Source of the DNA: Octopus vulgaris
Lineage: Eukaryota
NCBI GenBank assembly: GCA_951406725.2
Contig: OX597816.1
Coordinates: forward strand, 171,740,001 to 171,804,000
Reading direction: 5' to 3'
Length of the DNA stretch: 64,000 nucleotides
This document shows positions 1 through 13,797 of the stretch, in pieces. Below the pieces are notes generated by a model that was not told the origin of the DNA, did no database searches, and saw only the letters and a list, made by a program, of their open reading frames with translations. The translations under genes and the position numbers were made by a program. The stretch's first letter is position 1, and each line of letters starts with the position of its first letter.

Positions 1-210
1 CGATCTTATTATATTCAAACTATTTTCGTTTTTGCTTCGTTATTATTATTATTATTTTTTATTAAATGTGTATAAGAAACGATGTAAATGGTCTATTCTG
101 ATTTATAAAGGAAGAGGTAGTGGGTGCATTTCTTTTACAAATATGATGTAGATCTCCACTCAGCGTATTCTTCGGTTGTGCTATTCCATATTTATGAATA
201 TATTAATATA

Positions 211-421
211 TATTTCTTTACTGCCCACAAGGGGCTAAACACAGAGAGGACAAACAAGGACAGACAAAGGGATTAAGTCGATTACATCGCCCCCAGTGCG
301 TAACTGGTACTTATTTAATCGACCCCGAAAGGATGAAAGGCAAAGTCGACCTCGGCGGAATTTGAACTCAGAACATAACGGCAGACGAAATACGGCAACG
401 CATTTCGCCCGGCGTGCTAAC
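211..421 (-). mobile_element. SINE family A (tRNA-like head plus Meta-like central domain), 5'-truncated
   Basis: Reverse complement matches the full copies at 23603 and 47627 (GTTCAAATTCC B-box-like motif, GGTCGACTTTGCCTTTCATCCTTTCGGGGTCGAT core). 16-bp TSD TGAATATATTAATATA at 195-210 and 422-437. Confidence 0.9.
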
Positions 422-639
422 TGAATATATTAATATAATTTGTGATGCATGTTGTTTAGCATGAGTGTGTATATGTGTGAGTGTTTATAGAGACTCTTCG
501 TTTCGTTTTCTATTTTAATGTACATTGGAAATGGCCAGCTTCTTAAAACTATTTAAAACCTTTAGCTTGACTTTCTATTTCGGCGCTGCATTCTTTCTTC
601 CTAGCTGCAAGTTCAAAGGTTGACTCTCGGCAATCACAT

Positions 640-900
640 TGCGGTTCATCCTGGCCGCGGCTGTCACATGTCTTGTCTCTCTACGTGCCACTACCCAATC
701 AGCGATCCTGCTGAGGCACTTAACTTATCGTCTTGAATAAATACCCCCAGCTTTCCGGCCGTCAACATACTCACGTGAAAGTTTCCCCACCACGACCACC
801 ACCACCACTCAATACACCCCCTCCCCTCTACTCACTTGACACCATGCGCTGACGCTGGGGGACCAACAATAAGCAAGTCAGCCACTAGTTGCGCGACACA
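640..900 (+). promoter_or_regulatory. Candidate promoter-proximal region of the KLF15-like gene
   Basis: Locally GC/CpG-richer unique sequence with CCAAT (695-699), palindromic E-box TCACGTGA (771-778), CACCC box (815-819) and half-CRE TGACG (850-854). Motif evidence only; TSS unknown. Confidence 0.4.
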
Positions 901-2380
901 CATACACACACACACACTGACTTGACTTACTCCTCTAGCAAAACAAAAATATTGCAGTCAGTGAAAGTTTGTGAGAGACAGACTCGTTGACATAAGAAAA
1001 AAACTAAGTCTTTCACTCTAACGGGGGAACAAGAATAAAAGCGTCAACAACAACAACACACACACTAAAAAAAAAAAAAAAAGAAAAAAAAAAGCCGAAC
1101 ACACGATTTATATATGTGTGTATATATATATATATGTATATATTTACATCCGTGACTATTTCGAAAACCAGTGACTTTAAGTAATATACACAGATACCAG
1201 TGGCGTTAAGTGACTTTAAAACCTTCTGCAATATATATACTGAATGGAAACAAAAGTGTGGAAGAAATAACTCTGTGGGGGAGGGAAAAAAAATCAAATC
1301 AGTGTCTTTTTTTTTTCTATTTATTTGTTACAACAATTGAAGTAAGCCGACTCGTTTCTGTTGTGTTACTACGAAATATGTTTATTACTGTTACGTTGGA
1401 ATATTATTATACACAGCCTTTTCTGGAGTATCATCAACCTGACTAAGTCTTTCCGTGAACTTCTTCCAAACAAGGAATTACTATTTCCAAAACTTTAAAC
1501 AAGCACTTATTTACCATTTAATTTTTTATATATATATATATATATATCTTTACGTTTTTAAAACACAACACAATAATCCCTTATTTTTCTGTCACTCTAT
1601 ATTCACTTTCTTTCGCTTACACACACGCAAACTAACTTTGACAACTTATTTCTTCGTTTGCATGCATCTATCTTTTCCACTCTCTTGTGCATGTGACATA
1701 CACGGCTTCTCTCTCTCTCTCCCTTTCAAATTTTTGTCAACTAAAAACGAAAATAACATCCGTCCTGCTGGTACTAGTAGTAATTGTGACGACAGTTCCT
1801 GTAACATCAGCTGTGCGGCGAACACCGCTGCCGTTTGGTAGTTGGAAAGTATTTAATTCCATTTTCTCTTATTATTGAAAGAAAAAAAAAAAAACACAAA
1901 ACAAACCACCTGTTAAAGACAAGGATGAAGATTATTATCTCAATGTTGTTTTATCAGCTTTGTTGAAAACAAAACCAATTTCGAGCAGATGTTATTCAAC
2001 AATTTTTGTTCTTCAGTTCTTACCCACTTCTCTCTTTAAAGTTTGCTGTTTTTGCCTGTCCATTCTTACACACTCATTTTCTCTACCGAAATATAAGTTA
2101 GACCCATATCTATGAGAAAATTCAAACTAAACACCGATAGCAATATATTAACGTATTTTCACTGACCAACATTATGAATGTTTGTTATATATTGTATACA
2201 GGATGCATTTGTGGAGAGTAACTAAAAAAAGTGTCAAATTAATTATATCAAAGACTGGAGCAACAAATTTACATTCATTGTTTGATTAAAAAAATATTGC
2301 ATTTCATCGATTTAACAAATTTATGTGTTGCCATACTGTTTAGCTAACTGGACAGGTGGTTGTTACCGGTATCTAGCGGT

Positions 2381-3640
2381 ATGATGATGGAAGAATTTAT
2401 ACCCCTCTGCTCCAGCTTGGCTCGGGAACAGTACACACTACAGAGGTTAAATTCTTCAAAAGAAGAGAATGATGTTGGTACACTGACGGAGCTACGTTGT
2501 GCCAGTCCATTAAACAGTTGGAACCGCGATGGACTTGGTGACGACGTCTACTTGGAGTATTTGTTTTCACAAGGTCTCGCTGATACCATCGACCCTGCAC
2601 GGTCCCCTACAAACATTAAATCACGCTTGTGTTCGCCTTGTTCATCCCCCGTCACGTCACACTTAGTGGGACACACAGACGGTTCCCAAAGTTCTTCTTC
2701 GAGTCTTTCCGATATTTCCTCTAATACTTCAGAGTTATCCATGGACTTGTCAAGCAGCAGCAACAGCAGCACCAGCAGCAGTTGCTATAGTAACGGAAAT
2801 GATTCACTGGACAACTGTGATAGTTTTGATGAAGTATTTTCTTTATCCGACAACGAACTGATAGTTCTTGGTGTTGGTTTGCAGAGTCTAATGCACACTG
2901 CCCTTGACGGTTGCACGCCAGAAAGGTTTCACTCGCCGCAAGACCAGCACTACTATCAAGTTCCACAACAATTGTATAAACTCAACAATAACATCAACAA
3001 TGCCACTATTTTGACGAGCCGTAACAAGCGGCAAACTAATTCACGTCTCAACTCTGCAATACGTCACAAAATCTTCAACTTCGATGACACTGATATCAAT
3101 AACTGTAATTTGTCAGACTCGTTGACTAAAATCCTCTCATCGAATATAAGCACAAACAAAGGCAGCAAAACCTCAAACACTTCTTGTAAAAAAAATGAAC
3201 AAAACGGCATAACAAATGCTAATAAAAACCAAAGCAAAACTAACAATGCAACAAAAAACCGTGGATCAAAGGTTAATAATGCAGGAAATGTCTCTTCTCG
3301 TGCCTCCAACGGAGTTTCTAATCGTACGACCGGCTGTAACAACAAAGAGGCAAAAAACGAGGAGAAGATATATCATTGTACATTTGATGGTTGTGTGAAG
3401 GTATATAGCAAAAGTTCACATCTGAAAGCTCATTTGCGGCGTCACACAGGTGAGAAACCGTTTGATTGTACCTGGCCAGGCTGTGGATGGCGATTTTCGC
3501 GATCAGATGAACTTGCTAGACATAAACGTTCGCATTCAGGAATAAAACCTTACCAGTGCAAACTTTGTGAAAAACGATTTTCACGTTCGGACCACCTTTC
3601 CAAACATCTTAAAGTACACCGAAAAAAAGCATCGTCATAA
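2381..3640 (+). CDS. klf15: Kruppel-like factor 15-like C2H2 zinc-finger transcription factor, 419 aa from first ATG
   Basis: Three C-terminal KLF fingers with KLF15-type residues ([58 protein letters not shown]); Ser-rich acidic N-terminal region and Asn/Lys-rich linker. The ORF track starts at TTG 2360; the first ATG is 2381. An upstream exon cannot be excluded. Confidence 0.93.
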   Translation: MMMEEFIPLCSSLAREQYTLQRLNSSKEENDVGTLTELRCASPLNSWNRDGLGDDVYLEYLFSQGLADTIDPARSPTNIKSRLCSPCSSPVTSHLVGHTDGSQSSSSSLSDISSNTSELSMDLSSSSNSSTSSSCYSNGNDSLDNCDSFDEVFSLSDNELIVLGVGLQSLMHTALDGCTPERFHSPQDQHYYQVPQQLYKLNNNINNATILTSRNKRQTNSRLNSAIRHKIFNFDDTDINNCNLSDSLTKILSSNISTNKGSKTSNTSCKKNEQNGITNANKNQSKTNNATKNRGSKVNNAGNVSSRASNGVSNRTTGCNNKEAKNEEKIYHCTFDGCVKVYSKSSHLKAHLRRHTGEKPFDCTWPGCGWRFSRSDELARHKRSHSGIKPYQCKLCEKRFSRSDHLSKHLKVHRKKASS

Positions 3641-3646
3641 CAGTAT

Positions 3647-3686
3647 TTAATTATTATAGCTAATTATTATTGTCAATTACATTGTG

Positions 3687-3737
<51 letters not shown>

Positions 3738-3814
3738 GTTAGTAGTATTATTATTATTATTATTATTGTTACTATTATTATTACTATTATTATTATTATT
3801 ATTATTATTGTTAC

Positions 3815-3873
<59 letters not shown>
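3647..3873 (+). repeat. (ATT)n microsatellite in the proximal 3' UTR
   Basis: Imperfect ATT array starting just after the stop codon; source of the poly-I and poly-N ORFs. Confidence 0.95.
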
Positions 3874-3874
<1 letters not shown>

Positions 3875-6800
3875 GTGGTGCCAAATTGTTTTCTTAAAAA
3901 CTTTTGTCGTCTTTTCTGTGTTGACAGCATTTTTTAATATCATACTGTGTATGAAAAGTGAAAATAGATTTGTCCAGACATTAAGAGTAAGGTTTATGGA
4001 AAGTGGTTTTAAATTACTTTAGTCAATTGGACATTTGTAAAAATAACGTTTTGAACCAAAAGGAAAAAATAATTTACTCCCCCACCCCACTGAATAAGTA
4101 AGTAAACGGGGAATATTAGCTTGATGTATAAAGTATATGCAACAATATTTATGTTCAAATATATATAGTACTGTGCTAAATAGAAACACTAAGCTAACCA
4201 GATTTATTGTCTCTGCCAAGTAAACAAGTTTGTCCAAATTTTAAATACGCTATATCGGAAGACGTAGTAACTTAAAATAATGATTTATTGGGTACAAAAC
4301 TTTAAGATATATGTAGAGGAAAAAAGATAGGATGTTAGTGATTAACGGCAAAAGAGGAGTTTCAATTGTAAATTGCATGTCCAGAATGTATGTTTGGTCC
4401 TCAATTGTTTCTTTTTTTTTTTTAAATGACATAGCTCACCACTATCATGTAATATTAAGTTTAAGATCCACCATAAATGTTTTTCAATCGCTGCAGAGTT
4501 GTGATTCTATTTGCTAATTTAAAAATTTACCACTGTATACCAGTTTTGCTGCGACTCTTGCAGATCACAGTGAAAGGAGACAGTTTAAGGCTTTTTTATT
4601 TTATACTTCCCCTAAGTACATCAAGCTATTTATTATTAAAATTTAATTTCATGAATTAAGCCCTTTAGTCCTCCTTTTTTTACGAAGCTCTCTGATCATG
4701 AAAGCCAATATCAACACTTAATTCTTTTTCCTTTCCCATAAATAAACCAGTTTACATGCATACATTATAAATTAATATACTTTCCTAATTGTTCACATTA
4801 GCTATATTTCCTCTTTATCAATATATTACTCATTAGAGCTACAGTTAAACAAAACAACACCCTTTATGCAAACACCATAGCAGTATCTCTTATTGCTTTA
4901 CCAATTTGCTTTAAAAAAATAATCTTAAATACATAAAACATAAAAATACTCTTTCCTTCTCATTCAAATGTTAACGTCACTTACAAGCTCCTAAAGCTAT
5001 TTATGATTGATTTTTAACAATAGTCACAATACTCCATTTATGGTGGAAGGATTTATGTTGTATGACGTTAACTTCTCATGGATATTAGAGAAAAACATAT
5101 CTTCCACAGGAGTACGAGCAATCTAAAGGAAGTGAAATGACTACAACTCGTCAGGAAAGAAAATCGGGTCGCGAAGTTAGAACATCGGAAGTTTATTTCT
5201 GTGATCACTTGACAACTTCCGGTTTGAATTATTTATATATATATATATATATATAAGTAGTGCTTTCTCTCAATCGCTTCTCAAAACTTTCTTCTTTTGC
5301 TAAATATCAATGCATTTAACATGCTGTGTCTTTATGACACATGTACAAAATTTCAGATTGTATTAAGTTTGATAAATTTTGTTTCTAAACAACGGGAAAT
5401 GCCTGAACTTTGGAGTCTTCTACTCCAAATAATAGAAAATTAACATAGCTTGCTCGTTATCTTCGTCTGCGGCGCTCACGTTCTATTTTTGATTGCGATC
5501 GCCACTTGCTTTTAGCATGAGCACAACCACTTGCCAGTGACAAAACCTTTCATGCTAAATGGAAGCTTAATTGGCGTTGGTTAAGTGTAGGACTTAACCT
5601 TTCAACCAAAATTGGTGCTGAGAAATTTCGCCGCACAGTCTAATGTAGATTTAGTTTTATAATTTCTTATTCGATGCCTGATATTACGATTAGATTTGTT
5701 CTTTATTATTTCTGTATTGCCTTCCATCACAGCCACCTCTCTCTTGTGGAAGAAAAAAGAAAGTTCCATCTATCAAAAGTATTTGGTTTAAATGTAGGCT
5801 GTGTATGAGATAAAGGTAAGATGAATAGGATATCAGATAACACGGCATTTCTAGGTGCATGGTCTTTTCTCAATAGGGCTCTTCTAGGCGCATATCATGA
5901 CAGAAGCAGAATTGCCTGCCATTGCAACCGGCGACAGCACGGCAAATTTTAAGATCGAATTGCTTAGTTTGCTGGATTCAAATCTCTAATGGTTATGAAA
6001 GTGAAAGGTGTTGAGGCTTGCTTCGATTTATATAATCCAAGTGAAACGAAAGTGATGATAGCCATTGTCTACAACCTTCAAACATAGAGGGAACGTCTTG
6101 GCATCCTATTTACAAGTTCTATCCTTCTTTTCTACATGCATTCTGGTTTGTTCCTTTTTACTACTGCAGGGTATTCGTTGACGTCACTTTTCAAGGGAAG
6201 GATATTATGTAAATGACGTAGCCATAAATGTAGGCCATTCATATTTCTCTTGCAAATAACGACCCTATACATCTGGGGCGGTATGTTGTTACATATTAAC
6301 GAATGTGAAATGTATTTAATCTCAAACATTTCGATATCCTCGGCAAATCTTTGCAAGCAATCTTATACGTTCTCACATATCTGAGCAACTGAGTTTGTTA
6401 CATATTTTGTGGATCCCTCATAGATTTCAGTGAATAAGTGTTCCAGCTGTTCACAGAACGACTAATTTATTGAATCACTGTAGCTGAATATTCCACATTT
6501 GCAACTTTGACATAAATCTCGGGTAGAATCAGTGTTGCACAATTTGTCCCAGAGGCTGGATCTTCGAATTAAAGATTTAATCCATCCGAAAAGCTTTCTT
6601 TCAGTTTCCGTCTGTCAATCTCGCTCAGGATTCTTGATTGGCCTGAACCTATAGCAGACGACACTTGCCAACCGGAACCTAGTGAGTGACAAGCAAACTT
6701 AACCACTCAGAAATGCTGTGCACCACTTTCTCTTTTCTCTGTATCTCACTCGAATTCAGTTGAAGATGTTATGAAGTGTTGTACTTCATCAAAAGTATTC

Positions 6801-7922
6801 AGTGTGAGAAGATATAGTTCAGTTTACAAATGCTCACAACGTTTTATTTTGAAGCATATAATCAAAATAATGTTCTTTTACAAAGGATGTATATATTTGA
6901 ATGAAAACCAGCATACTATTGGTTCTCATTTTTGTTGGATTTTTTAAAAACCTGGATCTGTAATCTAATGGACTAGATGTAATGAAATACCGAGTACAGT
7001 ATTCTTTTGTCTCAGTAATCTTTAGAACACACACACTTCATTTCTTTTATGGAATACATCCATTCTAGTAAATGTGTTTCATTTCTATCTCAGAAAGAAT
7101 CAGTAAGTGGTCAGATTATTGTTTGTTTGTAAAATTTAGATTGTTGAAATGTGTTTCTTTGACACTACTCAATAATACGTAGATAAATGGTTTTCTTTGG
7201 TATATATGAGTTTTCCGTACTGCTGAATATTCACTTGTCATCAAGGATTGCCAGTTTTAGTTGAAGATGTGGACAGATATTACGGCACAGTGCTACAATA
7301 GTAAAATGAATGGGTTATCTATCTATAGTTCATAGTTAATGCGAGTCGGTGAAACATTTATGAAAGAAAAATGGCTGTGAAATCTAATTAAATGACTGAA
7401 AATGCTATTTGTGAACTGAATTTTACCAATTCGGACTAGTGCATATCAACTAGTAGAATGCATTAGATGAAGAGTTAATTGCCTTAAAATTACCTTCTAT
7501 AGGTCTCTGATCTCGAGAATTCCTCGAGATAAAAAGTTTAAGCGCCTTAAACCATTTACATGTAAGTCCATCTAGGAGAAGTGGTTAATTGAAGTGAAAG
7601 TAGTTTTTATGGACGAACAGAATCCAGTGTTGTAAAATTGTCAGGTCAATGTCACTGATGTTGCTGTCAGTGCTGGAATCAGTGACATTTTAGTTTAACA
7701 TCACATATTTTATTCTATTTGTTTAATAAGTGAATAGAACTACACACTCGAGTGTACTTTATAAGCATATAGTTTAAATATAAATGAAAAGAATTTGAGG
7801 TATTTCTGTCTTTACTGGCTTCGTTCTATTTAGTATCTTTCTACGATTATAATATTAAAATGTATTTTTATCAAAAGTGTGTTATTACCCGAAGGTAATT
7901 CTGACGGGAATTTAATGGTCCA

Positions 7923-7954
<32 letters not shown>

Positions 7955-9833
7955 TTTTATATATTACCATTTTAATGTACAGAGCATTAAAAAAAAGAAA
8001 GAAAAAAACACGATAATTATTTCCACACATAGGCGCAACCCAAACAGATGTAAGAGAGTGAAAGAGTCAGGCAAAGGGAGCAAGTGTTTTTTTTTTTTCT
8101 TCTGAGGAACTGTTAATTCCTTTAGATTTAAAACTGTTATTGGGGCTTTCAATTTCTCACATTCCAAACAACTTTAAAATAACAGTTGATGTGAATTAAC
8201 ATTGGTACATGGTCAAACGAGTCTGCGGTGCGAATAGAATCGATTAAATCTACTCCAGAACTTCACTGGTACTTATTTTATTTGCCTCGGAAGACAAGTC
8301 TACGAGGTTTTATAAGGAATTTTGTTCATTGCTTTATCGATTCAACGACTTAAGCTTCACAAATTAAATAGTTTGTTTCTCATAAGTTATTAATAAATAA
8401 AAATGGGTGGATTTAACTAGAAATGAAAAAAAAAAAAACATTGTGGTGAGTAACATGTCATGATATCCCTTAGGTGCTGGACATATTGCTGAATAGAATA
8501 CTTTCATATTGCACTGATGTTAATTAGATCATTAGTATCAGTGCAACTGATATTAATCTAATCGTACAGAATTGAAAATAAGGGTAAAAATTGAATTAGT
8601 TTAGCATTTAAATGAAGCAATTTTGAATTTTTTTTTTTTTTACATAAATGTTATATTTTAAAATTGTTTACATCAATTCTTTTTAAGTATTTTAAATTAT
8701 TTGTTTTACATGGTGAGCAATAAATTATTAGGACTGATACATCGATAGGTAAGATGATTAGAAAAGAGGATAACAAAATTTGAAATCGTAACTCTTTCTG
8801 CAAGATATATGATGGTGGGGAGGTAAAAATGGTCTCTCTAGAAACATTCTTCATATTCATAACAAAAGAATAATCCACTTTTGTAACGCTGAAAGTACAC
8901 AGGGAGCAAATGTTATAATCACATACACACACACACACACACAAACGTGGACATGCAAAGACTGAACTAATTTCGAGAGTAGTTTCAAAGAAATCATTCT
9001 GAGATATATTTAGGGAATATATTTTTAAAAAAATAACTTCTGAAACATTGAATATTTTGAACTACATTTGGAAGGTATTTTGAATATCTGATAAAAGTTA
9101 ATACCGATTATAAAATTTTGTGTTCAGTGTATGTATGGATAGTATCCAGTACTGTTTAGATATTCCAACGTTTATCACTGTCCATTAGCTGGAAAGCGTT
9201 AAATGATGATTCTAGCTACATTAGAACTTATTGCAGCTACCAAAATGTTCATTCTTGTCTGATTTTTTTTCCTACCCAAAGAATTCGAAAATTTTTCTTA
9301 ATTCATGCCAAAGATGTAAATAATAATAATAATAATGATAATGCACTTCTATAGCTACTTCCAAAGTCCAGGCTAAATTGCTTTGCAAATAATCTGTTGT
9401 AGAACCAAACTAGAACAACAGAACCACAGACCTACACTGAACTAAAGAATCATACCATGACTATATATGTTAGCAATTGCTAGATTGGCATACTTGACGT
9501 GGTAATAAATTTGATATATTTTTTTATTGATGAAATTGTTAAAAGCAAATAACGTGTTCGAGTTATTTCATTTTTTTCGATTTTTCTAACAAATTTCTAC
9601 ACTGTTTGTGTTAAACAACTTAAATAGAATTCCATCATAATTCTTTTTCAGTGAAATTTAATTATGCAATGTATGTATGTATGTATATATATATATATAT
9701 TGTGTAATATGAAGGAGAGAGTTCCTCTTGTTTTGCTTTTGTCATTTATGTCTGTAGGACTAAGTGATATTTTATTCATATGACAAAATCTGTGTAAGAA
9801 ATTTTCTTGTGCCTTTTAGGACTATGTCTTGAC

Positions 9834-10067
9834 CTATTTCTTTACTACCCACAAGGGGCTAAACACAGAGGGGACAAACAAGGACAGACATAGGTATTAA
9901 GTCGATTACATCGACCCCAGTGCGTAACTGGTACTTAGTTTTATCGACCCCGAAAGGATGAAAGGCAAAGTCGACCTCGGCGGAATTTGAACTCACAACG
10001 TAACGGCAGACAAAATACCGCTAAGCATTTCGCCCGGCGTGCTAACGTTTCTGCCAGCTCGCCGCCT
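9834..10067 (-). mobile_element. SINE family A, full length
   Basis: Matches other family A copies from TATTTCTTTACT to GCCAGCTCGCCGCC. Confidence 0.9.
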
Positions 10068-10794
10068 TAGCCAGCTCAACTATTCGAGATAACTATAAGG
10101 TAATTAGCGATCATATTTTTTGAAATGAAGTATTTTGAAATACCCTTCTTCAGTTTAAATATTTGTATTGCTGCAAAGTTTTTAACGTAAATCACACGAT
10201 CTCTTCCACTCAAGAGGTAACTGGATCTCCTAACTCTCCTCTCAAAACATTCAGTTTACACTATTTTCACGAAGTGTATAGAGAATAGATAAATGGAGAA
10301 AATTTTAGTAGCACTTTCCTTGCTGAGAATATACAATATGTATGAATATGTTAATTGCGATAGTTCCGCGAGTAATTTCAAATTACCACTGTTCTAGGTC
10401 AGGACCTCTTTGCATAGGTCACATTTCACGCTGACGATAATTGTTAGAGTAGGATTAGTGTTTTTTTAGCATTTAAAATATATTTCTCCTGTTTTTTTTT
10501 TTTTTTTTAAATAAATTTTCTAATTACTCATAAATGTCTAGAATTGCGTGAGGCACAATTTGATCGTGAATGAAATGAGTGCAATGACCTCTCTATGCTA
10601 CTAACGGTTGAATCGATTACATCCAGACTTCGTATCTAATTGCCATCTGTCTGGAGTCTCCATCGCCAAAACGTTAACCTCGCCAGTCCCGTTTCCTAAG
10701 TGAAATATGTATCATTGACTAGACTCGGGCTACTGCTATAAGCACTGTTTTGAATCACAAGTAACAAATATTTCGTTACACAAGTTAATCTCCG

Positions 10795-11195
10795 GGATCT
10801 TTTCGGTTTGAACGGCAGTTTTTTCTAGCGGTGTCATATGAAATTGTCACCCATAATTATGACCCTAGTATCGATCTATTGCATTTCAATCTGTTTTAGG
10901 GTTAGGGGGGGTGGAGAGAAGGGTATCTTTTTTTATTCACAAATGTAAATAAACCCAATCTGTTTCTTAAACGGGGGACATATTCATACGGCACAGAATG
11001 TTTTTTACCTCAATAGACGTCAGTGATTGGTTGAAATTGAAGAAAAAAAACAATAAATATCTTACAAACTATAGAATTTTCTCAATAAGGCCAACAGAAA
11101 AAGATGTTTTATAAACACATTCTACCAGTATACGAAGTTTAAAATTTTTTAGTTACCTAGAAATTATGTTAAAAACTGCCGTTCAAACCGAAAAG
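10795..11195. mobile_element. Merlin-like MITE, short form, copy 1
   Basis: TIRs GGATCTTTTCGGTTTGAACGGCAGTTTTT / AAAAACTGCCGTTCAAACCGAAAAG (last bases lost); close match to 14715-15133. Confidence 0.85.
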
Positions 11196-11648
11196 GTTTG
11201 GAAAAGACAGTTGAGAACCTACTTTAATGTACTTTTTTTTACTTAGCCATAGGTTCACATCTTTCATCTCTTCTTATTCGATAAAATAGATACTGCAGTC
11301 AATGTAATCAACATATTCTAGAAATCAGTGCCCCAGCATGACCGCAGCCCTGTGACCGAACCTGCAAAAGAATGAAAAATACTTTAGCAGTCATTTGTTT
11401 ACGACAAAAAGCTAATGATTCAATAGCTTCTAGGAAGGTGAAAATCATTACAGCTACTCTGATAATCTAAATAAAATAGCAGACAAACAATCAAGCAAAC
11501 AAGCAATCACTCAATTGATCGTTTAATCGTATCAATTATTAGATCCTAGAAAGTGTACGCAATGACTGTGATTTATGATGGAGAGGGTCAACGAAATTGT
11601 TCGCTCACTAAGGATGTTCAGAAGCTTATAATGGAGGAAGGTGTAACA

Positions 11649-12041
11649 TCTTTATATATAAAAGTGAGGTTGTGTGCTGTCTGTCTCCTACGATTTAGAT
11701 TCCTAACTACTCCCACATTTTGCGGTGCAGTTTAACCAAAACCGGGTATCTCATAGTCGTGATTCATATCGAGCCCTTCTGGGTATTAGCGCGCGTCTAC
11801 GATGAGTCTACGATTTTAAAAATAATTTACCATCAATTTTTCACATTTTTAATGCATTTTTGGCATATATAAGGGAAGTAACTCTCTAAAAATTTATTAT
11901 TAAATCTCAAAACGTAAAAAGCTACAGTAACACCCCTTTGTGGTTAGCCATATTGAGATGGCTATTATACTTTACATCTCTAAAAATGCTTATATAGTTA
12001 TTTCCCTTACAAACCCGAGCAACGCCGGGCGATACTGCTAG
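11649..12041 (+). mobile_element. Non-autonomous Helitron, copy 1
   Basis: Begins TC, ends CTAG, sits between host A and T, GC-rich subterminal hairpin CCCGAGCAACGCCGGG, no TSD. Inverted copy at 29433-29826. Confidence 0.88.
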
Positions 12042-12392
12042 TATTGTATAAAACATGGAACTGTCAAAGCAATGTTGAGATAGCATGGGATTAGCAAACA
12101 CTGAAGGTAGACATAGTTTAAGACGTCTCAAAGTCATTATTGTGTGGTTCCTGTTCGTGTGCTCTCATAAACTTTGGTTTCATCTGAAACCGTCGTTGCT
12201 GCACTACTAAGTGTGTTTACAACCGCAATACTAGTTTACACCAAGTGTTGGATAGTGTACAAATAACCGTAGGAGGGTATGAACTGTGTATGATAGTAGA
12301 GAGAGAGAGAGAGAGAGCATTTATTTCCTTTAAAAACAACGTAACTAATGAGACGAAATGTAAAGGTCAATAAAACTAGTATAAAAAAAATC

Positions 12393-13251
12393 GGATCTTT
12401 TCCTTTTCATGGACAGCTCGATTAATTACTTTTCTTTAACTAAACACTTTGAACCTTCGTATACTGGTAGAATGTACCACATTGAACATCTTTTACTCTT
12501 AGCGTTGTTGAGAAAAGTTTCTATTTACGAAGTTATTTCGTGTTAAAGTTGTCGTATTTCGGTAATTTCAACCAATCAATGACGTGTATTCAGCTGAATA
12601 AAAATACTGCTGTTCTCTGTCAACAACAACAACTTCCGGCGGTGTATATTTCGTTTGCCAATGTTATTTATGATATATTGCATTTCTACTGCTTTTAGTG
12701 TTTTTTTTTTTTTGTTGTTTTTCAGCTACTATTTTCGGAAAAACCTCCTCCCGTCCCCGCCCCCATTTCTCGCAAATTATTGTTTTTAAACAATTTTTTT
12801 TTGCCAAGAACCCAGCTTTTCGGATATGGAGATTCCGGAAAATTGCCAAAAATCAGAATTTTGAAAGTGTTTGCCCTCCCTTAACGCTCCCCTTCCAATT
12901 TTTTTCATTCTCACTTTGTTCTGTAACCCTAACCCTAAAACCCCGAAGCTAAAACCAGTACAAACGCACGAACGATGTCATAACGGTGACAAACGAAATA
13001 TACACCGCCGGAAGTTGTTGTTGACAAACAACAGCAGTAATTTTATTCAGCTGAATACACGTCATTGATTGGTTGAAATTACCGAAATACTACTACTTTA
13101 ACGTGAAATAACTTCGTAAATATAAACTTTTCTCAACAACGCTAAGACTAAATGATGTTCAATATGGCACATTCTATCAGTATACGAAGTTTCAAAGTGT
13201 TTAGTTAAAGAAAATTAATTAATCGAGCTGCCCATGAAAATGAAAAAATCC
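12393..13251. mobile_element. Merlin-like MITE, long foldback form with ~270-bp inverted arms
   Basis: GGATCTTT...AAAAATCC ends; arms ~12393-12667 and ~12980-13251; 8-bp flanks AAAAAATC / AAAAATTC. Shares blocks (CATTCTAyCAGTATACGAAG, CGTCATTGATTGGTTGAA) with the short MITE. Confidence 0.85.
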
Positions 13252-13496
13252 AAAAATTCTTGTGTATTATGTAGAGTTAAGTGGGTAAGAGACAAATCAC
13301 TTGATGTGAGACATTTGTCTAGACGAGACAGCTGCACTGAAACAGGAACAAACGATTTATGAGCCAGTAGTTATTGCTGATGCTTAGCCCCAAGTTAGTC
13401 ATGATCAAGCAGACCCCTGAGCAAAGTCACTATAGATGTTGCATCCCCTCCTTTATGAAGACAATAGGGGAAAAGACATGATGTAGTTCTAGATAT

Positions 13497-13797
13497 CACG
13501 TGATCACGTGACCGACCAGACCATCAGATGTTTTACACATCGCTGGTCACAATGCGCTTCGCATTGTTTTAGCCTTCGAATGACGCCACCCCGCTGGCTA
13601 AGCGAGCAGGCCAACAGAAGAGTGAGAGAAAGAGTGGCGAAAGAGTACAACAGGGATCACCACCCCCTGCCGGAGCATCGTGGAGCTTTTAGGTGTTTTC
13701 GCTCAATAAACACACACAACGCCCGGTCTGGGAATCGAAACCGCGATCCTACGACCGCGAGTCCGCTGCCCTAACCACTAGGCCATTGCGCCTCCAC
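13497..13797 (-). mobile_element. SINE head C plus tail X
   Basis: tRNA-like A/B boxes (TGGCCTAGTGG, GTTTCGATTCC) on the minus strand; 12-bp TSD AGTTCTAGATAT at 13485-13496 and 13798-13809. Confidence 0.9.
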
